From: Candidatus Magasanikbacteria bacterium CG10_big_fil_rev_8_21_14_0_10_36_32
GTDB taxonomy: Bacteria; Patescibacteriota; Patescibacteriia; Magasanikbacterales; GWA2-37-8
Assembly (NCBI GenBank): GCA_002778465.1
Contig: PFBV01000005.1
Span: forward strand, 7,534 to 71,533
Direction: 5' to 3'
Length of the DNA stretch: 64,000 bases
Position 1 is the first letter of the stretch; every line of letters starts with the position of its first letter. The translations under genes and the position numbers were made by a program. The notes beneath the pieces are model-generated. The model did not search any database. It worked only from the letters and a program-made list of their open reading frames with translations, and was not told where the DNA came from. Positions 10,901-19,058 of the stretch are shown piece by piece.

Positions 10901-12590
10901 TTATTTAGTTCAGACAGATGAATTGTGTGATCCGACATATGGCAGGAAAATTGGTTCAATTGCACAAACCGGTTGGTGTGTCGGCGGTCAATATTTTACC
11001 GATTTAATTCCTGTAGCGTGTAGCTTAGATAGTCAATGTCCTTACACTGGAAAATGCAATAAAACACCTGATGATAAATATGGATTATTGAAAAATAATT
11101 CGTGTAATTGGGATTGTAAAAGTTATGGACCATATTGTGGGGATGGACAAGTTCAAGAGGAGTGGGGGGAAAATTGTGAAACAAATGAAAGTTGTTCCAC
11201 TGTGGGAGTATCTGGTTCAAAAAAATGTAATACAGGTTGCCGTTATGATAATGCGGGAGTAGAAGGGATAATAAGTTATTGGGGCTTTGATTATTATCGC
11301 GCTTCTGATGGTCTTATACCAGATGATAATTATATGTTTATCGGTACTTGCAAGACGGGAGTGGATTGTCCTTCTCTGACTTCTGGAATTTATAATGTGA
11401 ACAGAGCATTTAAATTCAATGGCGCGCAATATGTTCAAATCAAAAATTATTCTTCTTCGTTGGCAACTAAAACAATATATCCGCAATTTACCGTGGAAGC
11501 ATGGGTAAAACCTGATTCTGATAATACCTATCATGCCAGAGTTTTTGAAGAAGGTGGGCAATATAACAATGGCGGTTATGGTTTGGAATTTAGAACCTAT
11601 GATGATATTAATATTAATAATTTTAGATGTACAACTTGGGATGTTGGAAATATACTTTCTAAAGTTGATTCTAATCCGGTCAATACAAATGAATGGCATC
11701 ATGTTGTTTGTACTTTTAACGGGGCAACATACGGCATAGATAAAATAAAAGGTATTTTATCTATTTATGTTGATGGTGTTTTGCAGGAAGCCACTTCTAC
11801 TGCGGTTATGGCAAAAACCACTTATCCGTTGTGTTTTGGCAGTAAATGTGTCAAAACATCTTTGGGTGGTTATACTCGTTCTGCAATCAATGCATTTAAA
11901 GGTTTAATAGATAATGTGGCTTATTATTCTCGCGCATTACCATTGGAAGAAATTCAGGAACATTATGCCGCAGTAAACGGTTGGTATTGTACAGCCGGTG
12001 GCAAAACACCGGAATATTCAACTTGTGGTAATAAAGTTGTGGAAGAGGAAGAAGTTTGTGATATGGGAGATAAAAATGGTGCCGCATGCATTCCTCAATA
12101 TCCTTATACCAGCTGTACCTATTGTTCAGCTGATTGTAAAAGTGTAATTACGGTTGATACTATGTGTGGTAATGGAGTTTGGGATTATGCTGGAGGAGAA
12201 GAGTGTGATTTTAGTAATATTCTGACTGATTTTGTTAGAAATTATACAACATATCTTTCAGACAGATGTTTTGAGTGTCAATCTAATTGTACTTTTAAAA
12301 CTCCGCCTATTTTAAATACACACAACAGTCCATGTGATTTACACGGGTTAGGTTATTGCGGTGATAATATTAAAAATGGATGGGAATATTGCGATGGTAC
12401 TGATTGGGGTTCTTATTTTGAAACCTCTGCGTGTTATGAAGATGGTTATTGGGGTTATTTGACTTGCAATTCTTGTTTAAGTTTAGATTGTATACATGGA
12501 TATTGTGGTGACGGAATTATACAATCTCCGCCCGAAGAGTGTGATGGTGCATGGAATTGTTCCGTCAATTGCCATTTCTTTTCATTATAA
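1995..12590 (+). CDS. Giant (3531 aa) pilin-headed surface protein with IPT/TIG, Ig-like, LamG-like and Cys-rich CGNG..EECD repeats
   Basis: Signal peptide and the same pilin domain as the upstream gene. IPT repeats (VTISGRYFG, ITIIGKNFG), three LamG-like domains (WHHVCLTYD...IDDVRIY; WHHLAAVYD; WHHVVCTFN) and many CGDG/CGNG-EECD repeats. Confidence 0.8.
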   Translation: MLSSDKRKFFWSLLLTVICGGLWLGVGFTLAQTTPDLGLAQVGEGIGLPATDIRLIVARIIRAALGLLGIVALGLTLYAGFTWMTAGGNEDKIATAKKILFNAAIGLVIILSAFAIVSFVISNLISATTGLPAHCSNGVIDAGEEGVDCGGECPACGGGTTPYGPSNVFYVKQKPSGFTCIRNYYPLVVFNHPVNLSTLENNLIVRRQDNQEQAVGTWQFASETIQNIVKFVPEGDCGSPPNDCLEASTLYELYFANASAIKSQTNLTLNCSLDATCATSEFTTGESVDRQPPTVIISSPADSSNLEKGTTVPVNVSYWDDNGIQNISLFDNEYYVDSVQVSNCETTGSVTINWPTASAVMTTHTLETIGFDWSAATGTDSVVVYLRPSHCFNNIQDVSLGEIGIDCGGECGLCGGSACSSDGECASGYCEIPPGVCVNKMIITNIDPMAGATGTTYVTISGRYFGENGGHVYFTKIGGGWAEAPIVSCGSGIDNWTQSQLIVSVPNNAADGAIKVETATTPLHDSFVDVTDGSDNWGGIYYFDVNNQQRPGLCNLQPKSGAPYTTNVTLTGINFGGTENRVVFGAGTGAFNALIKNWSNALINAKVPGMAPGTVGVKVIAMQGGGEEVSSNGMAFTVTEDINLDTPIIFEITPNKGAKGQYITIIGKNFGSNKGKVYFKLNGDQSGILGDFNFPDECGSNFWTDTKIIVKFPQAAIEIPGEYSVQVQRSTDNALSPIGAYFQAQTGSPGPGICKIDPVSGPVPFAEGKYMELIGEHLIGAQPYFWRAIASSSTIEGRLPASVETWSENNIFALPPAMALSGPVVVYRASDSKMSNSINFTVFNCLENNNTCTQAENKCCLQGTDAGMCIPKNEMCDGETRSTGYMWRFGTRDLPVVPRVIERCNSDTELALNIPSPSPSTIWNTGGVTDHVNVCRTALVTVVFNTAINPTTVDLNNVQIFKCVSSTINKNICTHDGGSISLNPESYVLHNDTSELSDDFYLTIKPDTVGGAWSDETWYQVILKSDIRAEAVAAGSLMATRPCGSGTSYCFIFKTDSTDCRLKEVVVTPLDYWTGVLERPIQYRKVKDNADDPGVEFWYRGNGLSEQKCVWMNMDSYSWNWGVSSENYASIYFANQNQAQVSALANTVAVGLADDAVRVRATASKGAFTVPPPPSIDISDGLVGWWNFDDDGAKVVDNSGNYHDGTPQSGVTYISPGKIGTALNLNGSAAVILDNPTVGFPSGMDSRTICAWGRPTDTAGGWRWVFAYGDGVEGRAMFIGQNGTSLDGGAYGADYDIIVNNFWQPGVWHHVCLTYDGDAQVANLYTDGAWNTSMTLEWKLKLNRAYIGAQVHVSPNEFWKGAIDDVRIYDKALSAGEVAAVYNNLSAAPTPTVTSPESKTGEGLLHIDLSQPKVLDYWPKCLSACTNAEIGAKFNTIMANYNLSAVKLYKCSDENCLSKEDITSGINPLFKLSDRRYLEMPLISGELEKNTIYQIVLSASGTSTSDGVNQLWSGASTTNDVILSKPYQQEFTWRFRTKQEKCQPSKVNILPPSYVASYIKEKAVYTAEAFTSPDDCNPNGQRLNPWLLNWNWTNSSNAVATIQTFVTKGHNNLCTAKCLKKGSDILFGSSVIEPICGNGIVEAGEDCDVPEKITGVSACGLNCLYLGNTSSTCGNGIIETNLGEECDLAVSQGCSSNCLNMGSNQYTGAEEIGASICGNNQIGFGEDCDIGVKGDRLVVTSSLYCSEKCLHLGTPLSAKWCYDNVATYGGFSLSEFTTACQKAISQCGDGVVSPNEECDAGIYASSTCSTNCLLLSNCTVGMEGCTTEGQLAGSSLMYSVPSVCGDAIQGIGEAIGCEQGFVISHTFNNPWVLATGVGDGPTIGLPPTQQTTITGQATAFSVSGEGKFIIPCGYHSDSECNAGDASGSLGVAQNTCCYSRPQIIKTYPVMSPLPVNVCPNTYIEIKFNKKIDPSTLYGNLILAQGRTAASCLSGEENVTGNIITTIVSANSDIWYKKVWKQIVWFVKNLFQSNTASAFKTDLNSVSWCAGKESITTEVVYDPSVSSDSNDVTSTVKIILKKALATSTDYAVILRPGIKDSRGVSIGVLSGDINRNWKFITGEQICELTDLSINPATHLFQKAGNSINLEVVSKTGNGQQIQPINGYRWEYVWEPKINDYVTLTVTTSTPNVITSKNRNGEIDVVAESKFTENIFTATSPTLRGSSHITIFLCENPWPSVADLPWHDTAWDFSTYYCRDSGSVGTADDLPNLSASVEDSLTAPYRRRYLMTDKDFTDAIGIMIFPNPEHLTVQDWYKMKNFKGTFTSLNIDGYSAITDGNNYYVDALNLSSSENIYTNIYLFSINSNAEQNMRRVFEQMITNLKFNNDFLNEKYCGSDFVDESVNYSMPCQNDLDCWTQVDLYNQTNPLTPSTDYLCLNQKDKIQRNYQRLKDVRTIIDVLSNYNQNQQIINSSTLGFYPLMKDNTYLSGQALSVWPAAWTGLGSALGASMPSDPINKLAKAGTCFQKNISSQFTACTKDENCAVPVTDGIVSQWLSDQNPTDQKGISDAQLEGDVSYSAGKGHGDAFDIAGDSVSKLIIPHKDNYNTESFTLSTWIYPRKKNTAVLFQKGGLSNGGASLGGWGLEYSDWSYYGDSLSSKVFNNGTVRFAIYPSDSSDYKYVAADSGVPLALNQWHHLAAVYDSTDMTNRKVRLYIDGLPASAIEPDGWIMKAENKAGVISVVNNADLSNNGLNIEVGQNFNGLIDNTIFYNKALNLDEVNNLYRGVCIIHDSLTGWSVEDRRFSFSCNPLSYAYRYIYDTVNRDFDLRLNIEEDGINPANWPIFISEFGIDSGSQVSMDSVCQADDEVASPYSLVCGDGVLGGTEVCDPPGKVNYDTSLCPVSATKKICNSSCQWGLATTITCAAATGAQCGDGKIQAVTGEVCDDGLLNGTNERCNTTCTGIVHNCGDYLVQTDELCDPTYGRKIGSIAQTGWCVGGQYFTDLIPVACSLDSQCPYTGKCNKTPDDKYGLLKNNSCNWDCKSYGPYCGDGQVQEEWGENCETNESCSTVGVSGSKKCNTGCRYDNAGVEGIISYWGFDYYRASDGLIPDDNYMFIGTCKTGVDCPSLTSGIYNVNRAFKFNGAQYVQIKNYSSSLATKTIYPQFTVEAWVKPDSDNTYHARVFEEGGQYNNGGYGLEFRTYDDININNFRCTTWDVGNILSKVDSNPVNTNEWHHVVCTFNGATYGIDKIKGILSIYVDGVLQEATSTAVMAKTTYPLCFGSKCVKTSLGGYTRSAINAFKGLIDNVAYYSRALPLEEIQEHYAAVNGWYCTAGGKTPEYSTCGNKVVEEEEVCDMGDKNGAACIPQYPYTSCTYCSADCKSVITVDTMCGNGVWDYAGGEECDFSNILTDFVRNYTTYLSDRCFECQSNCTFKTPPILNTHNSPCDLHGLGYCGDNIKNGWEYCDGTDWGSYFETSACYEDGYWGYLTCNSCLSLDCIHGYCGDGIIQSPPEECDGAWNCSVNCHFFSL

Positions 12591-12637
12591 AATAATTTTT
12601 TAATTAATTTAAATTTATAATTTAAATAAAATTTAAT

Positions 12638-13420
12638 ATGTTTGATGAACCAAATCAAAATAAAATACCGGAACCGCCAAAAAATTTAGCCGCTGAACCG
12701 GTTGATATGTTTGCTGGTTTAGACGATGATAAAACATCTAAAATTTTGGATATGAATACGGCTTTAAATGCCGGAGTGTTAAAGAAAAAAGAATCCGAAG
12801 TAGATAGTTTGCCAAAAATTAGCGATGAAATGAAGCCTGGGGTCAACGAAGGAGAAATGTATGAAATGAAAAATCCAATTTTAGGCAAAGTAATAATAGT
12901 AATTGGTGTAATGGCTTTAGTAAGCGGAGTTGGTTATGGAGTTTGGAATTTTTATTCAAAAAAAACTGAAGGACAATTACCACAGGCCAACTTACCTTTG
13001 TTAGAACAGTCGCCGGTTACAGAAACGGATACTGATTCGATTAATAATGATTTGCCCACACAAGCCATAGAGTCGGTTGAGCCGGTTACCAACACAGCGG
13101 CGATAGATATGGGAAATGATAGAATTTTATTTGGCGAGGCGGTTGATACAGATAAAGACGGATTGGATGATGTGCGTGAAAGGGAGTTGGGAACTAATAT
13201 AAATAATACCGACACGGACAATGACGAATTAAGTGATTCTGACGAAGTCATTATTTGGAAAACTGATCCTTTAAATCCAGACACTGATGATGATAGTTAT
13301 AAAGATGGAGAGGAAGTTAGAAACGGGTATAATCCGTTAGGTCCGGGCAAATTATTTGCTAGTCAAATGATTAATACGACGGTGGCTACCACAGCTACCG
13401 GCACTGTGCTTGAGAATTAA
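12638..13420 (+). CDS. Membrane-anchored protein with bacterial TSP3-like Ca-binding repeats
   Basis: One TM helix and DTDKDGLDD, DTDNDELSD, DTDDDSYKD repeats ending GYNP. Confidence 0.75.
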   Translation: MFDEPNQNKIPEPPKNLAAEPVDMFAGLDDDKTSKILDMNTALNAGVLKKKESEVDSLPKISDEMKPGVNEGEMYEMKNPILGKVIIVIGVMALVSGVGYGVWNFYSKKTEGQLPQANLPLLEQSPVTETDTDSINNDLPTQAIESVEPVTNTAAIDMGNDRILFGEAVDTDKDGLDDVRERELGTNINNTDTDNDELSDSDEVIIWKTDPLNPDTDDDSYKDGEEVRNGYNPLGPGKLFASQMINTTVATTATGTVLEN

Positions 13421-13424
13421 TTTT

Positions 13425-14636
13425 ATGTTTGGAAAAAAGGAACAAATCGCCAAAAGCGTTTCACCATCACTGACTATTCCGGTAAATACGATACCTGATG
13501 ATTTTTATGCTGGCGCGAATCCGGTAGTTCAGTTTAAAGAAGTTGCCAAAACGGTTGAGTTGAATAAAAATAATAGGAGTATTTTGTCGGCTGAAGAAAA
13601 AAAAGCTTATGATAAAACCACTACTGCCGGATCGGCACAAAAATTTCATCCGGCGAATTTATTATCCAGTCGTAAGTTTTTAATTATTGGCGGTGTAATT
13701 TTATTTGTGGTTATGATTGTGGGGACAGGTTTGTATTATTGGTGGCAAGCCAAAACAATAGCTCCACAATCGCAAGAAATTATAATTGTTCCAACCCAAA
13801 CACAAACATCTGAAATTTCTGTTCCCACCATACCGACTGAATCCGCAGTCACTACTCCAATTGAAGAAGTTATTCCGGAAGAAACACCAATAATGCCGGT
13901 GGCGGCGATGGATTTTCCATCTGTATTATTGGGAGAAAGCTCCGATATGGATCATGATAATGTTAGTGATGTAGCCGAAGAATTATTTGGTATTGATCCG
14001 TTTAATTCTGATAGTGATAATGATAAATATCCGGATGGACATGAACTTTATTACTTATATAATCCAGCTGGTTTTGAACCGAAAAAAATAGTTGATTCCG
14101 GTTTTGTTAAAGAATTTCGTAATCCGACCTATGGTTTTAAGTTATATTATCCGACTAATTGGGTAGTGGGAAATGTTGATCCGATTTATCAACAAACGTT
14201 ATTCAGTACTTTAACCGGTGAAAATATTGAGGCACATGTTTTTAATTTGGAATCCGGTCAAACTTTGGCAGATTGGTTGTCTGTATCCGCGCCACAAGAA
14301 AAATTGTCAGATTTGTCTGATTTTGCCGGTTATTTTGATACTGTTGGAAAAAGACGTAACGATGGATTGGTTTATTATTTTCAAAATGGGCAGAGACTTT
14401 ATGTTTTGGCCTACCATACGACTAATTCATCAGTTGTGAATTATAAAATTGTGTTGGAAATAATGGCAAGAAGTTTTCAATTTGGAGAAGTGAATCAGTC
14501 TGCATCAGAAGTTGTTAATTCACCCATGTCGCAAATGCCGGAGGTAATGTCAGGGATACTAGAAAACGAATCAGCAGATTTAATGGAATTAGGCGATGAA
14601 ATGATGAATGAAAATGAAAGTCCTGTTAGTTTATGA
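13425..14636 (+). CDS. Membrane-anchored TSP3-repeat / PsbP-like protein
   Basis: ATG at 13425, TM helix, DMDHDNVSD/DSDNDKYPD repeats, YGFKLYYPTNW motif. Confidence 0.65.
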   Translation: MFGKKEQIAKSVSPSLTIPVNTIPDDFYAGANPVVQFKEVAKTVELNKNNRSILSAEEKKAYDKTTTAGSAQKFHPANLLSSRKFLIIGGVILFVVMIVGTGLYYWWQAKTIAPQSQEIIIVPTQTQTSEISVPTIPTESAVTTPIEEVIPEETPIMPVAAMDFPSVLLGESSDMDHDNVSDVAEELFGIDPFNSDSDNDKYPDGHELYYLYNPAGFEPKKIVDSGFVKEFRNPTYGFKLYYPTNWVVGNVDPIYQQTLFSTLTGENIEAHVFNLESGQTLADWLSVSAPQEKLSDLSDFAGYFDTVGKRRNDGLVYYFQNGQRLYVLAYHTTNSSVVNYKIVLEIMARSFQFGEVNQSASEVVNSPMSQMPEVMSGILENESADLMELGDEMMNENESPVSL

Positions 14637-15067
14637 TAAAAATAGAGATAAATAACAGTAAAAAATACTCGGTTAATAATCAATTAATTTTAAATACTGT
14701 AAAATTTGCAGAAAAATTAGAAAAAACAATAAATGGAATAGTTGAAATTAATTTAGTGAATAATCAGGAAATTAAACAAATTAATAAATTGTGGCGACAA
14801 AAAAATTCAATCACTGATGTTTTGTCGTTTGCTTGGCGGGAAGAAAAAAAATTAAAAAGTGATTATTTGGGACAAATTTTTATTTCTTATCCGCGCATTA
14901 TTAAACAAGCTAAAGAGTATAAAGTAAATTCAGAGGAGGAATTTGTCAGAATGTTAGCGCATGGTTTGTTGCATTTGGTTGGTTATGACCACAAAACAAC
15001 AAAGGACGCAAAAAAAATGTTTTTCGTGCAGGAAAAAATATTATCAAAACAGTTTAAAAAAAAATAA
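14633..15067 (+). CDS. ybeY: rRNA maturation endoribonuclease YbeY
   Basis: TDVLSF and AHGLLHLVGYDH motifs. Confidence 0.93.
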   Translation: MIKIEINNSKKYSVNNQLILNTVKFAEKLEKTINGIVEINLVNNQEIKQINKLWRQKNSITDVLSFAWREEKKLKSDYLGQIFISYPRIIKQAKEYKVNSEEEFVRMLAHGLLHLVGYDHKTTKDAKKMFFVQEKILSKQFKKK

Positions 15068-15071
15068 TTTT

Positions 15072-15437
15072 ATGATATTTGGACGTTTAAAACAAAGTTT
15101 TTCCGATGCCTTTAATGGTTTAAAATATGCATTTCAAAATGAACAAAATTTTCGCGTTCAAACTGTGGTGGCGACGATAGTCTTGATATTAATGGTTGTT
15201 TTCCCTTTAAAACAATGGGAAACCATTTTAATTGTAATGATGATTCTGGTGGTATTGGTGACGGAATTGTTAAATACCGCTTTGGAAAGATTTACTGATT
15301 TATTGAAACCAAGATTACATCATTATGTTAAAGTGGTAAAGGATGTAATGGCAGGGGCTGTATTGTTGACTTCTTTGGGAGCGGTCATAATAGGGGTGTT
15401 TGTTTTTCTGCCGTACTTTATAGAAATATTTAAATAG
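15072..15437 (+). CDS. dgkA: Diacylglycerol/undecaprenol kinase (DgkA family)
   Basis: EQNFR, ELLNTALE and KDVMAGAVL motifs; follows ybeY. Start moved to ATG 15072. Confidence 0.88.
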   Translation: MIFGRLKQSFSDAFNGLKYAFQNEQNFRVQTVVATIVLILMVVFPLKQWETILIVMMILVVLVTELLNTALERFTDLLKPRLHHYVKVVKDVMAGAVLLTSLGAVIIGVFVFLPYFIEIFK

Positions 15438-15469
15438 TGTATAATATCAGATAGATTGATTATTTTTTT

Positions 15470-16735
15470 ATGCCAAGAGAAGAAAACAATTTAATTGCCG
15501 GTTTGGACATTGGTTCGTCGTTTGTGCGAATTGTCGTTGGCAATATGGTGGAAAGAGGTTCGGAACCTTCTGTTTTGCAAATTCTCGGCGCGGCCGAAGT
15601 TCAATCAGACGGGGTTAATAAAGGGGTGATAACCAATATTGAAAACGTTGTGTCGTCCATATCGGCTTGTTTAGAACAGGCGGAAAGAATGGTGGGGGTA
15701 CCAATAGAGAGTGTTTGGACCGGTTTATCCAGCGCTCAAGTACTAACACAAAATAGTCATGGTTATATTGTTGTTTCAAAAGCTGATAATGAAATTACTG
15801 AGCAAGATGTAGAAAGAGTTTTGGAATCATCAAAATCAATTTCTACCCCATTAAATTACGAAATACTTCATGTCTCACCTCGCAGTTTTAGTGTTGATGG
15901 GCAGATCGGCATCAAAGCTCCTGTTGGAATGACTGGAGTTAGATTAGAAGTTGATACTAAAATTATTTTAGGACAATCATCACAAATTAAAAATTTAACT
16001 AAAGCAATTTGGCGAGCTGGTGTGGAAATTGATGACTTGGTTTTATCTATAATTGCTGATGCTAACTTATTGTTAACCAGTCGGCAAAAAGATTTGGGTG
16101 TGGTATTGGTTAATTTAGGAGGTCACACCACCAGTATGGCTGTTTATGAAGAAGGTGATTTGTTGTCTGTTAATTTTTTACCTGTCGGTTCGGCTCATAT
16201 TACTAATGATTTAGCAGTTGGTTTACGTAGCCCTGTTGATATTGTGGAAAAATTAAAAATTCAATATGGTGATTGTTCGGCTGAAGCACAGACACGGAGA
16301 GGCAATGTTGATTTGAGTGAGTTTGGTGGAGAGTCACGTGAGATTTTTAAATTGAGTGATATTAATTCTATAATCCATGCCAGAGTTGAAGAGGTGATGT
16401 ATTTAATTGATAAAGAATTAAAGAAAATTCAACGCAGTGGCTTGTTGCCGGCTGGAGTTATTTTTACGGGCGCTGGCGCAAAACTGCCAGGCTTAGTTGA
16501 TGCGGCTAAAAGAAATTTACGTTTGCCGGCTGCCATTGGTTATCCTTCAGGTTTGATTAGTGCGACTGACAAAATAAATGATCCGGGATTTTCTACAGCC
16601 ATTGGTTTAGTAAAATGGGGGAGTGATATGATGGGATATGATCGGCGTATGAAAAATGGCGCTTGGACTGGGTTTAAAAATATTTTTGGATTTAAACGTA
16701 AATTACAAAAAACCATCAATTCGCTTATTCCGTAA
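15470..16735 (+). CDS. ftsA: Cell division protein FtsA
   Basis: AGLDIGSS, PVGMTGVRLE and GVIFTGAG motifs; directly upstream of ftsZ. Confidence 0.96.
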   Translation: MPREENNLIAGLDIGSSFVRIVVGNMVERGSEPSVLQILGAAEVQSDGVNKGVITNIENVVSSISACLEQAERMVGVPIESVWTGLSSAQVLTQNSHGYIVVSKADNEITEQDVERVLESSKSISTPLNYEILHVSPRSFSVDGQIGIKAPVGMTGVRLEVDTKIILGQSSQIKNLTKAIWRAGVEIDDLVLSIIADANLLLTSRQKDLGVVLVNLGGHTTSMAVYEEGDLLSVNFLPVGSAHITNDLAVGLRSPVDIVEKLKIQYGDCSAEAQTRRGNVDLSEFGGESREIFKLSDINSIIHARVEEVMYLIDKELKKIQRSGLLPAGVIFTGAGAKLPGLVDAAKRNLRLPAAIGYPSGLISATDKINDPGFSTAIGLVKWGSDMMGYDRRMKNGAWTGFKNIFGFKRKLQKTINSLIP

Positions 16736-16933
16736 TTGACAAGCGTATCAAAAAATTTGTTTTTCTTGACATATCGTCAGCGGCATTATAAAATATGTAA
16801 GCGAAAATGGTTTTTATTATTTATAAATATTTTATTGTTTAGTTGAACACAAAAAGTGTTCATTAATATTTAAAAAAATCACCGCTGAAAAGCGGCACTC
16901 TGCTTTTGGGCAGTGGTTAACTTTATAATATTT

Positions 16934-18148
16934 ATGCCTCAAATTAAACCGGTAATTGAAACATTTGCCAAGATAAAAGTTATTGGTATCGGCGGTTCCG
17001 GCGGCTCGGCGGTTAATCGTATGATTAATGCCAAAATTAAAGGTGTTGATTTTATTGCTATGAATACCGATGTCCAATCGTTGGGACATAGTTTGGCATC
17101 ACAAAAAATACATATCGGAAAGACAGTTACTCGAGGTTTGGGAGCGGGTATGGATCCGGAACAAGGACGCAAAGCGGCTGAAGAAGCTCAAAATGAAATT
17201 CGTGAAGTTGTTAAAGATACAGATATGGTATTTATCACCTGTGGTTTAGGGGGTGGTACCGGTTCTGGAGCCAGTCCTGTAGTAGCAGAAGCGGCGAGGG
17301 AAGCTGGGGCTTTAACTGTGGCAGTGGTAACAAAACCTTTTTCTTTTGAAGGTGTTAAACGCCGTGAAATTGCAGAAAAGGCTTGGGAAAATTTAGCTAA
17401 AAATGTTGACGCAATAATTACTGTTCCTAACGAGAGAATTGGTCAAGTTATTGATAAACAAACAACCATGTTAGACGCTTTTAAAATTGCTGATGATGTT
17501 TTACGACAAGGTGTACAAGGTATTTCAGAATTAATCACAATGCACGGCATAATTAATGTTGATTTTGCCGACGTTAAAACAATTATGCGTGATACTGGTT
17601 CTGCTTTGATGGGTATTGGAATTGGTAAAGGAGAAAACAGAGCGATTGAAGCGGCTAAAATGGCTATTTCTAGTCCGTTATTAGAATTATCAATTGATGG
17701 TGCTCGTGGAATTTTATTTATTATTACAGGTGGTTCTGATGTGGCCATGAGTGAGATAGATGAGGCAGCAAAAATTATCACTTCATCAGCCGCTGAGGAT
17801 GCAAAGATAATTTTTGGTGTTATTATTGATGAAGAAATGAAGAAAGATGAAATTAAAATTACTGTAATAGCCACCGGTTTTGATGATAGACAACCGTTAA
17901 CAAATGCTGAAGACGCTTTTTTTCATTATCCTTTTTTTGGCGGTAAAAAAACAACATCAGATAATAAAAAAAATGAAGATAATGAAGATAATAAAAATCC
18001 CGAGTTGTTGGTTAAAAAAGCAAAACCGGCAGCTGATATTACGCCGGTGGGAATTTCTGAACACAAGAAACCCGCCGCAGCCAGTGCTGTGGAAAATGAA
18101 GAAGAATTGGAAATCCCGACGTTTCTTAGACGAAAAATGGGTATATAA
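16934..18148 (+). CDS. ftsZ: Cell division protein FtsZ
   Basis: GLGGGTGSG tubulin signature, NVDFADVK, C-terminal LEIPTFLRR. Confidence 0.98.
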   Translation: MPQIKPVIETFAKIKVIGIGGSGGSAVNRMINAKIKGVDFIAMNTDVQSLGHSLASQKIHIGKTVTRGLGAGMDPEQGRKAAEEAQNEIREVVKDTDMVFITCGLGGGTGSGASPVVAEAAREAGALTVAVVTKPFSFEGVKRREIAEKAWENLAKNVDAIITVPNERIGQVIDKQTTMLDAFKIADDVLRQGVQGISELITMHGIINVDFADVKTIMRDTGSALMGIGIGKGENRAIEAAKMAISSPLLELSIDGARGILFIITGGSDVAMSEIDEAAKIITSSAAEDAKIIFGVIIDEEMKKDEIKITVIATGFDDRQPLTNAEDAFFHYPFFGGKKTTSDNKKNEDNEDNKNPELLVKKAKPAADITPVGISEHKKPAAASAVENEEELEIPTFLRRKMGI

Positions 18149-18150
18149 TT

Positions 18151-18615
18151 ATGCGTTGTCCTGTTTGTAAAAGCAAGGAAACAAGCGTGGTAGACAGTCG
18201 CACCGGAAGCGACGGATTAACTGTCCGCCGTCGCCGTGAATGCGCCAAATGTCATTTTAGATTTTCTACTGTTGAAGAAATTGAATTGTTGGATATTGTA
18301 GTGGTAAAAAGTGATGGGCGACGGGAAAGTTATATGCGAAGTAAAGTTGAGGTTGGTATCAGAATATCTTTAAGTAAATGTTCATATACAGCTGAAAATT
18401 TCAGTCGACTGATACACGCGGTTGAGCGTGATATTCAAAAAAAACGAAAAAGAGAAATTTCCAGTCAAGATATTGGTGAGATTGTAATGCGTCATTTGCA
18501 TAGTTTTAATAAAGTTGCTTACATTCGCTTTGCCAGTGTCTATCGTGATTTTAAGGATGTTAAAACTTTTGAGAAAGAATTAAAGAAAATAGCCAGCAGT
18601 AAGGCGACAAAATAA
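18151..18615 (+). CDS. nrdR: Transcriptional repressor NrdR
   Basis: MRCPVC...VVDSR...RRRRECAKC zinc ribbon, ATP cone, VAYIRFASVY. Confidence 0.96.
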   Translation: MRCPVCKSKETSVVDSRTGSDGLTVRRRRECAKCHFRFSTVEEIELLDIVVVKSDGRRESYMRSKVEVGIRISLSKCSYTAENFSRLIHAVERDIQKKRKREISSQDIGEIVMRHLHSFNKVAYIRFASVYRDFKDVKTFEKELKKIASSKATK

Positions 18616-18649
18616 TTGGTTAATTTAAATTAAAATTTTTTCATAGGCT

Positions 18650-19054
18650 ATGGAAAAAATAGATAAAAAAAATGAAACAGAGGTTAAAGAAAAAAAAGAA
18701 GTGATGGAAAACGAAGAAAATTTGAGAGAATTACTGGAAAAAAATTTAAAATGGTCTCAGATTATTTATGAACAAACTCGGCGTTTGAATCGCCAGCTTT
18801 TTTGGAATTCAATTTTTGGTTGGGTTAAATTGATTATTATTATTGCCCCGTTAGTTGTAGGTGTTTGGTATTTTTGGCCAAGTATTAAAAACGTCCAGCA
18901 GCAATATGTGGATATCATTGAGTTAATGAATAATACTACTAGTAGTCTCAATAATGGAAAAGTGCAGATAGATAATTCCACTGTGGATAAAATTTTAAAA
19001 ATGTTGCCGTTAAATTCCGGAATGGAAGAACAATTTAAGGCTATGATAAAATAG
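18650..19054 (+). CDS. Hypothetical single-TM protein
   Basis: 134-aa ORF within the operon, with a coiled-coil N-terminus and one TM helix. Confidence 0.7.
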   Translation: MEKIDKKNETEVKEKKEVMENEENLRELLEKNLKWSQIIYEQTRRLNRQLFWNSIFGWVKLIIIIAPLVVGVWYFWPSIKNVQQQYVDIIELMNNTTSSLNNGKVQIDNSTVDKILKMLPLNSGMEEQFKAMIK

Positions 19055-19058
19055 TTAT

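Noticed and set aside
1995-12590. Diversity-generating retroelement target or alternative genetic code
   Set aside because: No reverse transcriptase or template/variable repeat pair was seen, and the genes read through normally in the standard bacterial code.
16844-16868. GTTCATTAATA box-like motif in the ftsZ leader
   Set aside because: It lies about 60 nt from the promoter inside a TGAACAC/GTGTTCA hairpin, with no SD or 3' partner, so it was not counted as a boxed unit.
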